Positions 14,558 through 23,397 of a DNA stretch of 35,886 bases are shown here, piece after piece. Positions within the stretch are counted from its first letter, which is position 1. Each line of letters starts with the position of its first letter. The notes under the pieces are model-generated. The model saw nothing but the letters and a program-made list of their open reading frames with translations, did no database searches and had not been told where the DNA came from. Origin of the DNA: Spirochaetales bacterium (GTDB lineage Bacteria; Spirochaetota; Spirochaetia; DTKZ01); assembly GCA_046719195.1 (NCBI GenBank), contig JBDNDI010000001.1, positions 1 through 35,886 of the forward strand, read 5' to 3'. Both the position numbers and the translations under genes were made by a program.

Positions 14558-15858
14558 ATCCATCCTAAGCTGTGGAGAGTATTTTTAACAGCTACTTTGA
14601 ATTGTTCCCACTGCTCTACAGAAGGGAAAGAACCTTGCAGCCGGTTGGGGCTACCTCCTCCTTTACCCCCTGATACCGACAAAGCCCCTTTGAGCAATTC
14701 TCTTAAATCAACAACTTGCACTAGCTCCTGGTTTTGGGTAACTAAAAAGGTTACTCCCTTGGAATTATTTTCTTGATGGCGACCAACCAGGATTATCCCC
14801 CTAGCCTGGTTTAAAAAGGCTTCTTCTATAACCCGTAAATCCCAATCTGGCTCAGCATCGATGCAAAGGTATACTCCCTTGTCTTCTATCCTTCCCCTAA
14901 GCGGGTAGGCCCCTTGCAACCACTCGTGCATTTGCAGGGAAGCAGCTTTTTTTTGAAGAGTAAGGAGCTTGAGCCGGAGAAGACGGTTTTCCTCTTTCAA
15001 CGAGCGAACTACTTCGGGTAAGTCTTCTGTTCCCACCGTACATAGGGAACGCAGGGAAAAAAGTACCTCTTCATCCTTCTTAAGCCTCCTTACTGATCGT
15101 TGACCTGTAAGAATATGCAACCGAAGTCTACCCCGGATTCGCTCTTCCTGTAAAACAAGAAGGAGCCGTAGAGGGGCTAAGGTAGACAAATGTACCCCGC
15201 TACAGGCTGTTCGATCAATCCCATCAATTTCCACTACCCGTAGCGGTCCCCCTGTTTTTGGTTTACGACGGAGCGGCTCAACCTCCTTCTCTTCATATAT
15301 CCAAAAGGTTCGTAAAGCTGCATTTTCTTGTATCATTTTATTGGCCTCCCCCTCTAATTTCTCTCTATACCCTTCGGGGAGAGACTCTTGAGCAATTTCA
15401 AGAGTCGTAGTTTCTTCTCCGAAATGTACGGAAACAGTATCTACATCAAATAGCTTTTTGAGCAAACCCGAGGCTAGATGCTGGCCCGTATGCTGCTCCC
15501 TATACTCCTCCCGATGCGCCCTATCTATCCTACAATTTAGCGTTACGGGTTGGGATTCCTCGGGTAAGGCCGGGAAAATAGCCTTCCATGCCTTTTCCTC
15601 TACTACCGGATACCGAACAAGGGATTTTTCATCTGCCTTTAAGGATACAGTTCCTTCAGGTAAAGCTTCATAACCTATAACCGGGACCTCTCCTATCCAA
15701 CCTTTGTCTGCCGGTTGCCCGCCGCTTCCCGGGAAAAAGACTATCGGATTTGTTTTAAGAATTAGCATCTCTCCATTCTTGTAGATTGCAACGATCTTTG
15801 CCTCTACATCATATTGGTCCGGAGCTGTGTAAAAAAGAAGTTGGGTTACCTCTTTCAT
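14554..15858 (-). CDS. alaX: AlaX-L-type alanyl-tRNA editing protein (tRNA_SAD editing domain plus DHHA1)
   Basis: 434 aa. Zinc/editing motifs HTGQH (HxxxH) and CSGVH (CxxxH) are present, with a C-terminal DHHA1-like GGKGGGSPNRLQG. Its stop overlaps the GNAT stop. Confidence 0.8.
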   Translation of the reverse strand: MKEVTQLLFYTAPDQYDVEAKIVAIYKNGEMLILKTNPIVFFPGSGGQPADKGWIGEVPVIGYEALPEGTVSLKADEKSLVRYPVVEEKAWKAIFPALPEESQPVTLNCRIDRAHREEYREQHTGQHLASGLLKKLFDVDTVSVHFGEETTTLEIAQESLPEGYREKLEGEANKMIQENAALRTFWIYEEKEVEPLRRKPKTGGPLRVVEIDGIDRTACSGVHLSTLAPLRLLLVLQEERIRGRLRLHILTGQRSVRRLKKDEEVLFSLRSLCTVGTEDLPEVVRSLKEENRLLRLKLLTLQKKAASLQMHEWLQGAYPLRGRIEDKGVYLCIDAEPDWDLRVIEEAFLNQARGIILVGRHQENNSKGVTFLVTQNQELVQVVDLRELLKGALSVSGGKGGGSPNRLQGSFPSVEQWEQFKVAVKNTLHSLGWI

Positions 15859-15979
15859 GGTCTCAGGGTACTTTGAAACGGATAGCTAAGGCAATAGAAA
15901 AAACCACAGAGGTTTGCCACAACTGAGAAGGAATAATGATAGAGGCATTTAATCAAATTTTAACATTATTAAGTATAAA

Positions 15980-16008
15980 TTGATTCCTAGGAAAAGTTAG
16001 TATACAAT
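15980..16008 (+). promoter_or_regulatory. sigma-70-type promoter upstream of the ABC-transporter operon
   Basis: TTGATT (15980-15985), a 17-nt spacer, then TACAAT (16003-16008). The RBS GAGGAGGAA follows at 16015-16023. Confidence 0.5.
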
Positions 16009-16029
16009 ACGAACGAGGAGGAATAGAAA

Positions 16030-16932
16030 ATGAAACGATTTGGTTTACTCGCTTTATGGGTGATCTTGTTTGGCGGATTGCTCTTTGCAACAGGGGCAAA
16101 AGAAGCAAAACCTCTTGGCTCTGAGGAGAATCCTATTGTATGGGCTTTTGTTCCTTCTAGCGATACTCAGAAGGTAGTTTCAGGTGCTAAAGCCATGGTA
16201 GATCTCTTACAAAAGGAAACCGGATATTTTTATCGGGTACTGGTACCTACGGAATACGGCGGGGCTATAGAAGCTTTAGCCAGCAATCCCCCTTCGGCCC
16301 ATATGGCCTCCCTTAACACCTTTGCCTACATTATTGCTGCGGAGAAAAAGGTAGCCCGGGCAGAACTTATTGCTGTCAGAAGGGGCAAAACCACCTATAA
16401 CGGCCAGATAATTGCACGGGCTGGAAGTGGTATTCGAAGTTTGGCAGATTTAAAGGGAAAAGTTTTTGCACGAGTAGATCCCGCCTCTACCACAGGATGG
16501 ATTATCCCTAGCCTGATGCTGCGAGCGGCGAAAATTGATGTAGATAAAGATATAAAAATTTTGGAAGGGGGTAGTCACGATGGAGTAGTTGCAGCGGTAT
16601 ATCGGGGCGATGCGGATGCCGGAGCCTGCTTTGTCGATGCCCGTACAAACCTCCAGAAGACCAACCCGGATGTTATGGAAAAAGTTGTAGTTATTGCCAC
16701 CACTATAGATGTACCCAACGATGGAATCCAGTTTTCTCCTGCTATGCCCGAGGAAATGCGAAAGAAAATCGTTTCTGCCATGCTAAAAATTGCAAAAAAC
16801 GAAGAAGGAAAGAAAGCCCTCCGGCAAGCGTACAACTGGGACGATTTGGAAGCCTTAGGGGACAGTTTCTACGATCCATTCAGACAGATTCTTCAAGCTG
16901 CAGGCGTAAATCCTTCATCCTTCGTAAAATAA
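16030..16932 (+). CDS. phnD: phosphonate/phosphite/phosphate ABC transporter substrate-binding protein (PhnD family)
   Basis: 300 aa with a signal peptide. The sequence is PhnD-like and the gene sits in the context phnD-phnC-phnE. Confidence 0.8.
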   Translation: MKRFGLLALWVILFGGLLFATGAKEAKPLGSEENPIVWAFVPSSDTQKVVSGAKAMVDLLQKETGYFYRVLVPTEYGGAIEALASNPPSAHMASLNTFAYIIAAEKKVARAELIAVRRGKTTYNGQIIARAGSGIRSLADLKGKVFARVDPASTTGWIIPSLMLRAAKIDVDKDIKILEGGSHDGVVAAVYRGDADAGACFVDARTNLQKTNPDVMEKVVVIATTIDVPNDGIQFSPAMPEEMRKKIVSAMLKIAKNEEGKKALRQAYNWDDLEALGDSFYDPFRQILQAAGVNPSSFVK

Positions 16933-16938
16933 ATGGAT

Positions 16939-16965
16939 AAGGGAGGTATAAACCTCCCTTTTTTA
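16939..16965 (+). terminator. intra-operon intrinsic terminator-like hairpin after phnD
   Basis: AAGGGAGG (16939-16946) pairs with CCTCCCTT (16953-16960) around a 6-nt loop, followed by TTTT. Confidence 0.55.
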
Positions 16966-17005
16966 AGGCCCTCCTGCTATTCCTCAAAAACAGCGAGAGG
17001 TTTGC

Positions 17006-17800
17006 ATGCTGGAAGTTGAAAACCTAACAAAAATATACCCGGATGGGACGGTTGCTCTTAAAAATGTATCCTTTACCGTAGAGGAAGGGGAGTTCCTCGT
17101 GGTAATTGGGCTCTCCGGCTCTGGGAAGTCTACCCTTTTACGATGCATAAACCGGTTAATAGAGCCTACAGAAGGTACTATTCGCTGGAAAGGGGAGGAT
17201 ATTACCAAAGCAGATCCCAAAGCATTACGCAGAATCCGTCGGGATTTTGGCATGATCTTCCAGCAGTTCAATGTAGTACACCGGTTAAGCGTACAAATGA
17301 ATGTTCTATCCGGAAGGTTAGGGTATGTTCCCCCTTCTTTCAGTCTGCTGTATCGCTTTAGAGAAGAAGATTATAGAAGAGCAGAGGAAGCTCTCAAAAA
17401 GGTGGGGCTACAGGAATTGGCCTTTAAAAGAGCTAAGGAGCTTTCTGGAGGGCAGCAACAACGGGTAGGTATTGCAAGAGCCCTCATGCAACAACCCAAA
17501 GTATTGCTGGCAGATGAACCTGTTGCCAGTTTAGACCCGGTTCTTGCCCATTCGATTTTAGGGTATCTTGAAGGTCTAAACAAAGAAGAGGGAATAACCA
17601 TTATCTGTAGCCTTCATTACTTGGATTTAGTACAGAGATACGCTAGCCGTGTTATCGGTCTCCGGCAAGGGAAACTAGTATACCAAGGCTCACAGGAGGA
17701 CATCCGGCGTATGACGGATGCAGAATTCAAGGAGGTGTATGGTGAAGAGGCAGAACGGATCGCTCCTCCCTCTCTATTAGGAGGCACTTCCCATGAATAA
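17006..17800 (+). CDS. phnC: phosphonate-type ABC transporter ATP-binding protein (PhnC family)
   Basis: Walker A GLSGSGKST, signature LSGGQQQR and Walker B LLADEP are present. The N-terminus is typical of PhnC (LEVENLTKIYPDGTVALKNVSF). Confidence 0.9.
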   Translation: MLEVENLTKIYPDGTVALKNVSFTVEEGEFLVVIGLSGSGKSTLLRCINRLIEPTEGTIRWKGEDITKADPKALRRIRRDFGMIFQQFNVVHRLSVQMNVLSGRLGYVPPSFSLLYRFREEDYRRAEEALKKVGLQELAFKRAKELSGGQQQRVGIARALMQQPKVLLADEPVASLDPVLAHSILGYLEGLNKEEGITIICSLHYLDLVQRYASRVIGLRQGKLVYQGSQEDIRRMTDAEFKEVYGEEAERIAPPSLLGGTSHE

Positions 17801-19277
17801 ATTTGCCTTCTTAGCCTCGATTCTATTTCCTGGTTTAGGGCAGATTCTCCTAGGGCAAGCTAAACGGGGATTCTTTGCTTTATGTACCTTTTTAACTTCC
17901 CTAGGTATGGCTTACTGGCGTTTTGCCCTGCTTGCCCCCCGCGAGCCTACCCTTCTAGGTATAATACGGCGTTCTATCGAAAGGCGTCCTTCTTTTGCCC
18001 TTCTTGTGTTGGGATTAGCTGCTTTAGTATGGATTTTAGGAATTTTCGATACGATTAAACTCACTAAACCTACCCCTGGAAGATCCCCCAGGGGCCTTAT
18101 TTCCTTTTTCTTTGTTCTAGGCTCCCTACTCTTCGTTCTCGGATGGCAGATCAGTGAAATAGACCTTCCTAGAATGGTAAAAGATTTTAACAAGGCTGTG
18201 GTACCCTTAAATAGAGTGCTCTGGCCCTGGAAAGCGGCAGTTACTCGAGATTCCAAGGTGCTTGCTGCCCGTGTAGAGATTCTGGAGGGAGAAGGAACTC
18301 CGCCTTCAAAACCGGTTCCTGTCCCCGGAAAACCCTATATATACGCGGAGCCCACGGTCGGTGTTTCTTCCAAGTTGGATGAACGCGGCCAACCAATACC
18401 CGGTACTCTCATAACCCTCTATGGTTCCGGGTTCGAACCCAATACCCTTACTGCCATATGGTGGGAGGACCCGATTGGCAGTCGGTTTCAGGTCCGTAAG
18501 AAAGGGGAGTATCTTACAGTGGTTACCGATGCACAGGGTAAATTTACTGTGCAGGTTCCCATTCCCTACAGTATTATACCTCCAGGAGCTGTAAAGGGTT
18601 CTTTAATTCACTATGCAGAGGCCCAGCAAGTATTCCCTATCGGCCCCCTAAAACCGAGCGCACCCTTTTTAGAAATAATAAGCCGCATGGTAGAAACCAT
18701 TGTAATGGGTCTTATGGCTACGATTTTAGGGATTTTTTTCTCTATACCTATGAGCTTTTTAGCTGCCCGTAATATTATGTATGGTTCCTGGATAGGGATC
18801 AGTATTTACTATTTTGTACGTTTCGTGATGAATGTAGTCCGAAGTATCGAACCCATAATTTGGGCGGTTATTGCAGTTGTATGGGTAGGTTTAGGTCCCT
18901 TTGCAGGGGTCATTGCCCTTACGGTTCATTCTATTGCAGCGTTAGGGAAACTCTACTCTGAAGCCATCGAAGGAATCGATCATGGACCCATTGAAGCCAT
19001 TCAGGCTACCGGAGCTACTAAACTTCAAACCATCATGTTTGCCGTTATACCCCAGATGATAAGTCCCTTTATAAGCTTTTCTATTTATCGCTGGGATATT
19101 AATGTACGTATGTCCACTATTATCGGCATGGTAGGGGGAGGGGGTGTAGGATTTGTACTTTTACAGTACGTCCGCTTGCTAGATTATCAAGCTGCCGGCA
19201 TAGCGGTTTGGTTTATCGCTCTAACTGTAGCTATTTTAGATTACCTGAGTGCGGAAATCCGCGAACGAATGATTTAA
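17793..19277 (+). CDS. phnE: PhnE-family ABC permease with atypical N-terminal extension and inserted beta-rich domain
   Basis: 494 aa. The C-terminal roughly 200 aa are PhnE-like (MATILGIFFSIPMSFLAARNIM...). The first roughly 290 aa carry extra TM segments (FPGLGQILLGQAKRGFFAL), a Pro-rich linker and a beta-rich segment (TLITLYGSGFEPNT...TDAQGKFTVQVPIP). TAGGAGG lies 8 nt upstream, and the gene overlaps phnC by 8 nt. Confidence 0.8.
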   Translation: MNKFAFLASILFPGLGQILLGQAKRGFFALCTFLTSLGMAYWRFALLAPREPTLLGIIRRSIERRPSFALLVLGLAALVWILGIFDTIKLTKPTPGRSPRGLISFFFVLGSLLFVLGWQISEIDLPRMVKDFNKAVVPLNRVLWPWKAAVTRDSKVLAARVEILEGEGTPPSKPVPVPGKPYIYAEPTVGVSSKLDERGQPIPGTLITLYGSGFEPNTLTAIWWEDPIGSRFQVRKKGEYLTVVTDAQGKFTVQVPIPYSIIPPGAVKGSLIHYAEAQQVFPIGPLKPSAPFLEIISRMVETIVMGLMATILGIFFSIPMSFLAARNIMYGSWIGISIYYFVRFVMNVVRSIEPIIWAVIAVVWVGLGPFAGVIALTVHSIAALGKLYSEAIEGIDHGPIEAIQATGATKLQTIMFAVIPQMISPFISFSIYRWDINVRMSTIIGMVGGGGVGFVLLQYVRLLDYQAAGIAVWFIALTVAILDYLSAEIRERMI

Positions 19278-19313
19278 TCCCCCGAATCGGGTAAATACTG
19301 TATTTCCGGTGTT

Positions 19314-20216
19314 TTAAGCCTTACGGTTGCTTACCTCAAGTTGCACTTCCTGCAGGAGATACTGAAAGCGCTTGCCATATTCTATAAACGTAGAAAACCG
19401 CTGTTCCTGCGGAGCTGTAATTGAGGGATCATGAAAGACCACCTGCATATGGGGTTCGAGAGAAAAGCCGCCATCATAACCCTTTTGTATTAGGTCTCTA
19501 AGAATCCGGCGTAGTTCTCCCTTTCCTTCCTCCGGCCAACAGTACACCTCGGCGTTTTTGTCCTCATCCCAATAGGCATCTTTAATGTGGACATATACTA
19601 TAGCTTCACGTACGGCTTGGTAAAACTCCCAGGAGGATTGCATGGGATAAGGGTAAGGCTTGGAATAATCTCTAGTAAGAGGAGGGTTTCCCACATCAAA
19701 AACTAGGCGCAGTTTGGGCACAGCTTCTAACATGCGAAGAGTGTGATAATAGCTCATACCCCCATAGTTTGCGCAATTCTCATGCACCGGCTGGACCCCT
19801 CCATCCAGAAATAAATCAGTTAGTACTCGGAGTCGGTGAAACCGTTCCTCTTCCTGTTGATCTTTTAAAGCACGACCCTGGGAGTCTACAAGAATAGCAT
19901 AGCTCATAATTCGTACCAACTTAGTATTGAGGCGTTGCATTCGCTTCAAAGCTCTTTGGGCAGTTTTTAACGTATCCTCAAAAGGAGTAGTTATAGGGGT
20001 TCCCCAATTCGCGATAGTAGATCCAAAACAGTTTACCTGAACTCCTGCTTCTGTTAAAAGAGCAACGGTTTCTTCAAACTTTTCTTCGCTAAGATCATGG
20101 ATATTCACTCCTTCGATAGAACGAGCTTCTAAATGATGGATCCCAAGCTCCTTCAGAGCTTGAATCTGCCCCTCTAAGGTGTCGGCAGCCTCATCGGCAA
20201 ACGCACTTAGATACAT
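19314..20216 (-). CDS. sugar phosphate isomerase/epimerase (xylose-isomerase-like TIM barrel)
   Basis: 300 aa with a typical family layout (MYLSAFADE...LGIHHLEARS..., ...HIKD..., ...GFSLEPH). Confidence 0.75.
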   Translation of the reverse strand: MYLSAFADEAADTLEGQIQALKELGIHHLEARSIEGVNIHDLSEEKFEETVALLTEAGVQVNCFGSTIANWGTPITTPFEDTLKTAQRALKRMQRLNTKLVRIMSYAILVDSQGRALKDQQEEERFHRLRVLTDLFLDGGVQPVHENCANYGGMSYYHTLRMLEAVPKLRLVFDVGNPPLTRDYSKPYPYPMQSSWEFYQAVREAIVYVHIKDAYWDEDKNAEVYCWPEEGKGELRRILRDLIQKGYDGGFSLEPHMQVVFHDPSITAPQEQRFSTFIEYGKRFQYLLQEVQLEVSNRKA

Positions 20217-20217
20217 T

Positions 20218-21087
20218 TTACTCCTCCCTTACTTTCTGAAAAAAACTCTTTACCTCTCGTAAAACCCTTACAGGATCAGCGGGTACTGTAAAGATCTCTA
20301 AAGAATACCAGCCTTCATACCCTAGCTCTTCCAATACTTTAAAGGTAGTTCGGTAGTCTGGATCTAGACCTTCCTTAAAAGCCACAGGCCAATTGCCTTG
20401 GCGGTTATTAAAATGCACGTGGTGAATCAGGGGAAAATAATCGTGAACCAAGGCTGACCAGGGTCTTGATTCATCGTCGGTGTTGTGAAAATCGAACATA
20501 CCCTGTAAAGCCGGGTTTTTAATCTTCTCCACCCAGATTTTTACCTCCTCTAAGGTATTTACCATATCGGTAGTTGATTTAGGCAAGGCTTCTAACAGAA
20601 GCTTAGAATTCTGGCCTTGGGCTAAAGCCGCCACCTCGAATAACCCCTCCTCAAAATAGGCATTGGCTTCCGTAAGAGGAATATTTCCCCGCTGCCGCTG
20701 TTTTGGAGAGCCTAGGACCAACACCCCTCCACCCAATTCCCCTGATAGCTCCACCAGTAGCCTAAGGTGATCCCAAGATTTTTTTCGGATCTTTGGATCG
20801 GGAGAAAGAAGCTGTAAACCCTCAGGCTTTACCATGAGCCAATGAAATCCTACAAAAGTAAGACCCGAAAGAATTAAGACCTTTCTCAACCGCTTCACAC
20901 CCTGATTAAGATCAGAAGGAGTAAAATCTCCGAATACAGTATAAGGGGCAACTTCCACTCCCTGGTACCCTTCTCGTGCCAAGAGTGAGAAGGACTCTTC
21001 TAATCCCCTAGAGCCAAAAAACTCATTACATACACTGACGCGATACATCATACACGTTCTTGTATCACCCTCTGTTAACTCTTGCAA
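20218..21087 (-). CDS. sugar phosphate isomerase/epimerase (xylose-isomerase-like TIM barrel), paralogous type
   Basis: 289 aa (..EGYQGVEVAP.., ..HHVHFNN.., ..YSLEIF). The TTG start at 21087 is preceded by AAGGAAG with a 5-nt spacer. ATG at 21051 is an alternative start. Confidence 0.75.
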   Translation of the reverse strand: MQELTEGDTRTCMMYRVSVCNEFFGSRGLEESFSLLAREGYQGVEVAPYTVFGDFTPSDLNQGVKRLRKVLILSGLTFVGFHWLMVKPEGLQLLSPDPKIRKKSWDHLRLLVELSGELGGGVLVLGSPKQRQRGNIPLTEANAYFEEGLFEVAALAQGQNSKLLLEALPKSTTDMVNTLEEVKIWVEKIKNPALQGMFDFHNTDDESRPWSALVHDYFPLIHHVHFNNRQGNWPVAFKEGLDPDYRTTFKVLEELGYEGWYSLEIFTVPADPVRVLREVKSFFQKVREE

Positions 21088-21124
21088 TAGAACTTCCTTT
21101 TTTTTTATTGTATAGTAAAAGTAA

Positions 21125-22279
21125 ATGGCTAGTCTATTTTTTCAAAACCCTCTTCCCCCCGAAGAATTAAAAAGGCGTAACTTTCCAAGACCTAAAGATT
21201 CGGTAGATCTACGCGGAGTGTATTTCAGGGACACCACTGCCATTATTCATTCCTACCCCTTCCGCAGATTAAAACACAAAACCCAGGTATTTTTTGCCCC
21301 TAAAAATGATCATATTTGTACAAGAATTGAGCATGTAATGCATGTATCCACCATTGCCGCTACCATTTGCCGAGCCCTGTCGTTAGATTCAGACCTAGCC
21401 TGGGCAATTGGGTTGGGGCATGATCTAGGGCATACCCCTTTTGGACATTTGGGGGAACGCATTCTGCAAAGCATTATCCAGGAAACAGGACTTTCGTTTC
21501 CGGAGTTCCACCATGAACTATACTCCCTTCGGATGGTAGACCACTTGGCAAATTATGGTAAGGGCTTGAATTTAAGCTATGCAGTACGGGATGGAATAGC
21601 CACCCACTGTGGAGAGAAGTACGAACAACGGATTAGCCCTGATTTTGAAATTAAAAATCTTAGCTCTCTCATTTCCTTGGAAAAATTTCCTGCCACTTGG
21701 GAAGGGTGCGTAGTGCGGATGGCCGACAAAGTGGCCTACTTAGGTAGAGATGTAGAGGACGCATTACAGCTTAAGATTATTCGGCGGGAACAGATACCCA
21801 AAGAAGCTATCCAGGTATTAGGGGATTCGAACAGTGAAATCATTAATACCCTTGTGAACGATATGATCCAAGAAGCGAACAAAAATGGAACCATTGGATT
21901 TTCCGACAAGGTTTTTTCTGCTGTGCTGGTTCTAAAAGAATTTAACTATCGAACCATTTATGAGGGACCGGTATTAACCGGGTATCATGACTATTTTGAA
22001 CGTATTTTACGGACCCTCTATGCCTATCTTGCGGGGATCTTTAAAAAATACGGAGAAGATTTTAAAGCCTATGTACGGGAAAATAACCGGTTAGCCTTAC
22101 GCTTCGGCGATTACCTTTCCAAAATGGAGGCTTTTTACCGGCAAACCGAAGGGGATTTTCACCACGCTGTTATAGACTACCTTGCAGGAATGACGGACGA
22201 CTTTGCGTTAGAATGTGTGCAGGAGATCATGATTCCTAGAAAATTCGAATACCGGTTTGAAGAGGAGACTCTCGTATGA
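21125..22279 (+). CDS. dGTPase-like (deoxyguanosinetriphosphate triphosphohydrolase family) HD-domain protein
   Basis: 384 aa with FRDTTAIIHSYPFRRLKHKTQVF, RIEHVMHV and the HD motif GLGHDLGHTPFGH. No SD is present. TATAGT (21111-21116) lies 8 nt upstream of the ATG. Confidence 0.85.
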   Translation: MASLFFQNPLPPEELKRRNFPRPKDSVDLRGVYFRDTTAIIHSYPFRRLKHKTQVFFAPKNDHICTRIEHVMHVSTIAATICRALSLDSDLAWAIGLGHDLGHTPFGHLGERILQSIIQETGLSFPEFHHELYSLRMVDHLANYGKGLNLSYAVRDGIATHCGEKYEQRISPDFEIKNLSSLISLEKFPATWEGCVVRMADKVAYLGRDVEDALQLKIIRREQIPKEAIQVLGDSNSEIINTLVNDMIQEANKNGTIGFSDKVFSAVLVLKEFNYRTIYEGPVLTGYHDYFERILRTLYAYLAGIFKKYGEDFKAYVRENNRLALRFGDYLSKMEAFYRQTEGDFHHAVIDYLAGMTDDFALECVQEIMIPRKFEYRFEEETLV

Positions 22280-23397
22280 AGGCAGGGGAGATCCAGCATT
22301 TTGATGTACTTAAAGAACTAGGAGTCTGGGATGAACTGGAAGAATTAAAACGTGAGCGCAGGGAATCAGAAAAATTCTATAGCGATATTTTAGAACTTTA
22401 TTCTTGCAATTCGCCTGAAAGCCTTATTGAATTTGTTTTAACGAATTTCCTCGATAAGTTTATTCCTTCTACCCTGCTGTTTCTTATAGAGGATCCCCTT
22501 TCTTCTACTCTATCTACGTACTTTTACCGTAATCTAAAACCTGCCATACTCTACAAAGACACCGAATGGTACCATACCCTAAAGAAAATGTTGGAGGCAC
22601 AACGAGGGCCTTTGGTTTTTTATCAAATTGTTAAACAACTTCCCTTAACTTTTGCAGAAACGCTAAAAGAAGACTATTCTCCGGAAATAGTGTTTCCTAT
22701 CCGGGGTATTGGGGGAGTGTATGGGATAATTCTATTCGGCAGTAAAGTACTTCCCGGATCCTATTCTTCTAAGGAGCTATTGTATATTGAACGATTCATG
22801 CTCTTCTTTTCTGTAGCCTTGCAGAACGTTTTACATCATTATAGTAGCATAACCGACGCTAAAACTGGGCTTTATAACCATGCTTACTTTTTAAAACGGA
22901 CAGAAGAAGAATTAGCAAAAAACCGTCGCAAAGGGAAAGGCATTGGACTTGTCCTTATCGATATAGATCATTTCAAGCAATTTAACGATACATATGGCCA
23001 TCTAGCAGGGGATGTAGTCCTTATGGAAATAGGGAGAACCTTAAAAACTCTAGTTCGGCAAGAAGACATTCTTTCCCGTTTCGGAGGGGAGGAGTTTACC
23101 CTTTTAATACCAGACTGCAAGGTTCAGACCTTGCTGGAGGTGGCAGAGCGGCTGCGAACAACCGTGGAACGAATACCCATTCTTTTTGAAGGTAAAGAGT
23201 TACATATTACCATAAGTGTGGGATGCGTATACCTACCGCCCGGTTTAACAATGAATCCTCGTACTCTGCTTGCTCAGGCCGACGCTGCTATGTATCAATC
23301 GAAGCAAACGGGAAGAAACCGCACAAGTATATACAAAGGGGGACTCCTCTATAGAGGATTACTCCATCTCTCCTTAGAGAAGTCCCGCCTTACCTAA
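22276..23397 (+). CDS. diguanylate cyclase (GGDEF) with uncharacterised N-terminal sensor region
   Basis: 373 aa. The active site is RFGGEEF, with an RxxD I-site (RQED) five residues upstream. The start ATG overlaps the upstream stop (ATGA at 22276-22279). Confidence 0.9.
   Translation: MKAGEIQHFDVLKELGVWDELEELKRERRESEKFYSDILELYSCNSPESLIEFVLTNFLDKFIPSTLLFLIEDPLSSTLSTYFYRNLKPAILYKDTEWYHTLKKMLEAQRGPLVFYQIVKQLPLTFAETLKEDYSPEIVFPIRGIGGVYGIILFGSKVLPGSYSSKELLYIERFMLFFSVALQNVLHHYSSITDAKTGLYNHAYFLKRTEEELAKNRRKGKGIGLVLIDIDHFKQFNDTYGHLAGDVVLMEIGRTLKTLVRQEDILSRFGGEEFTLLIPDCKVQTLLEVAERLRTTVERIPILFEGKELHITISVGCVYLPPGLTMNPRTLLAQADAAMYQSKQTGRNRTSIYKGGLLYRGLLHLSLEKSRLT

Noticed and set aside
16030-19277. 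Reading phnDCE as part of a C-P lyase phosphonate-degradation operon
   Set aside because: No phnGHIJKLM, phnX/phnW or phnA-type genes are in the window. Only the transporter can be supported, and its substrate (phosphonate, phosphite or phosphate) is open.
21125-22279. dGTPase-like gene as a dNTP-depleting anti-phage defence system
   Set aside because: The flanks are housekeeping-type, with no mobile-element or defence-island neighbours. Its composition is similar to the surrounding DNA. Family membership alone does not support a defence role.
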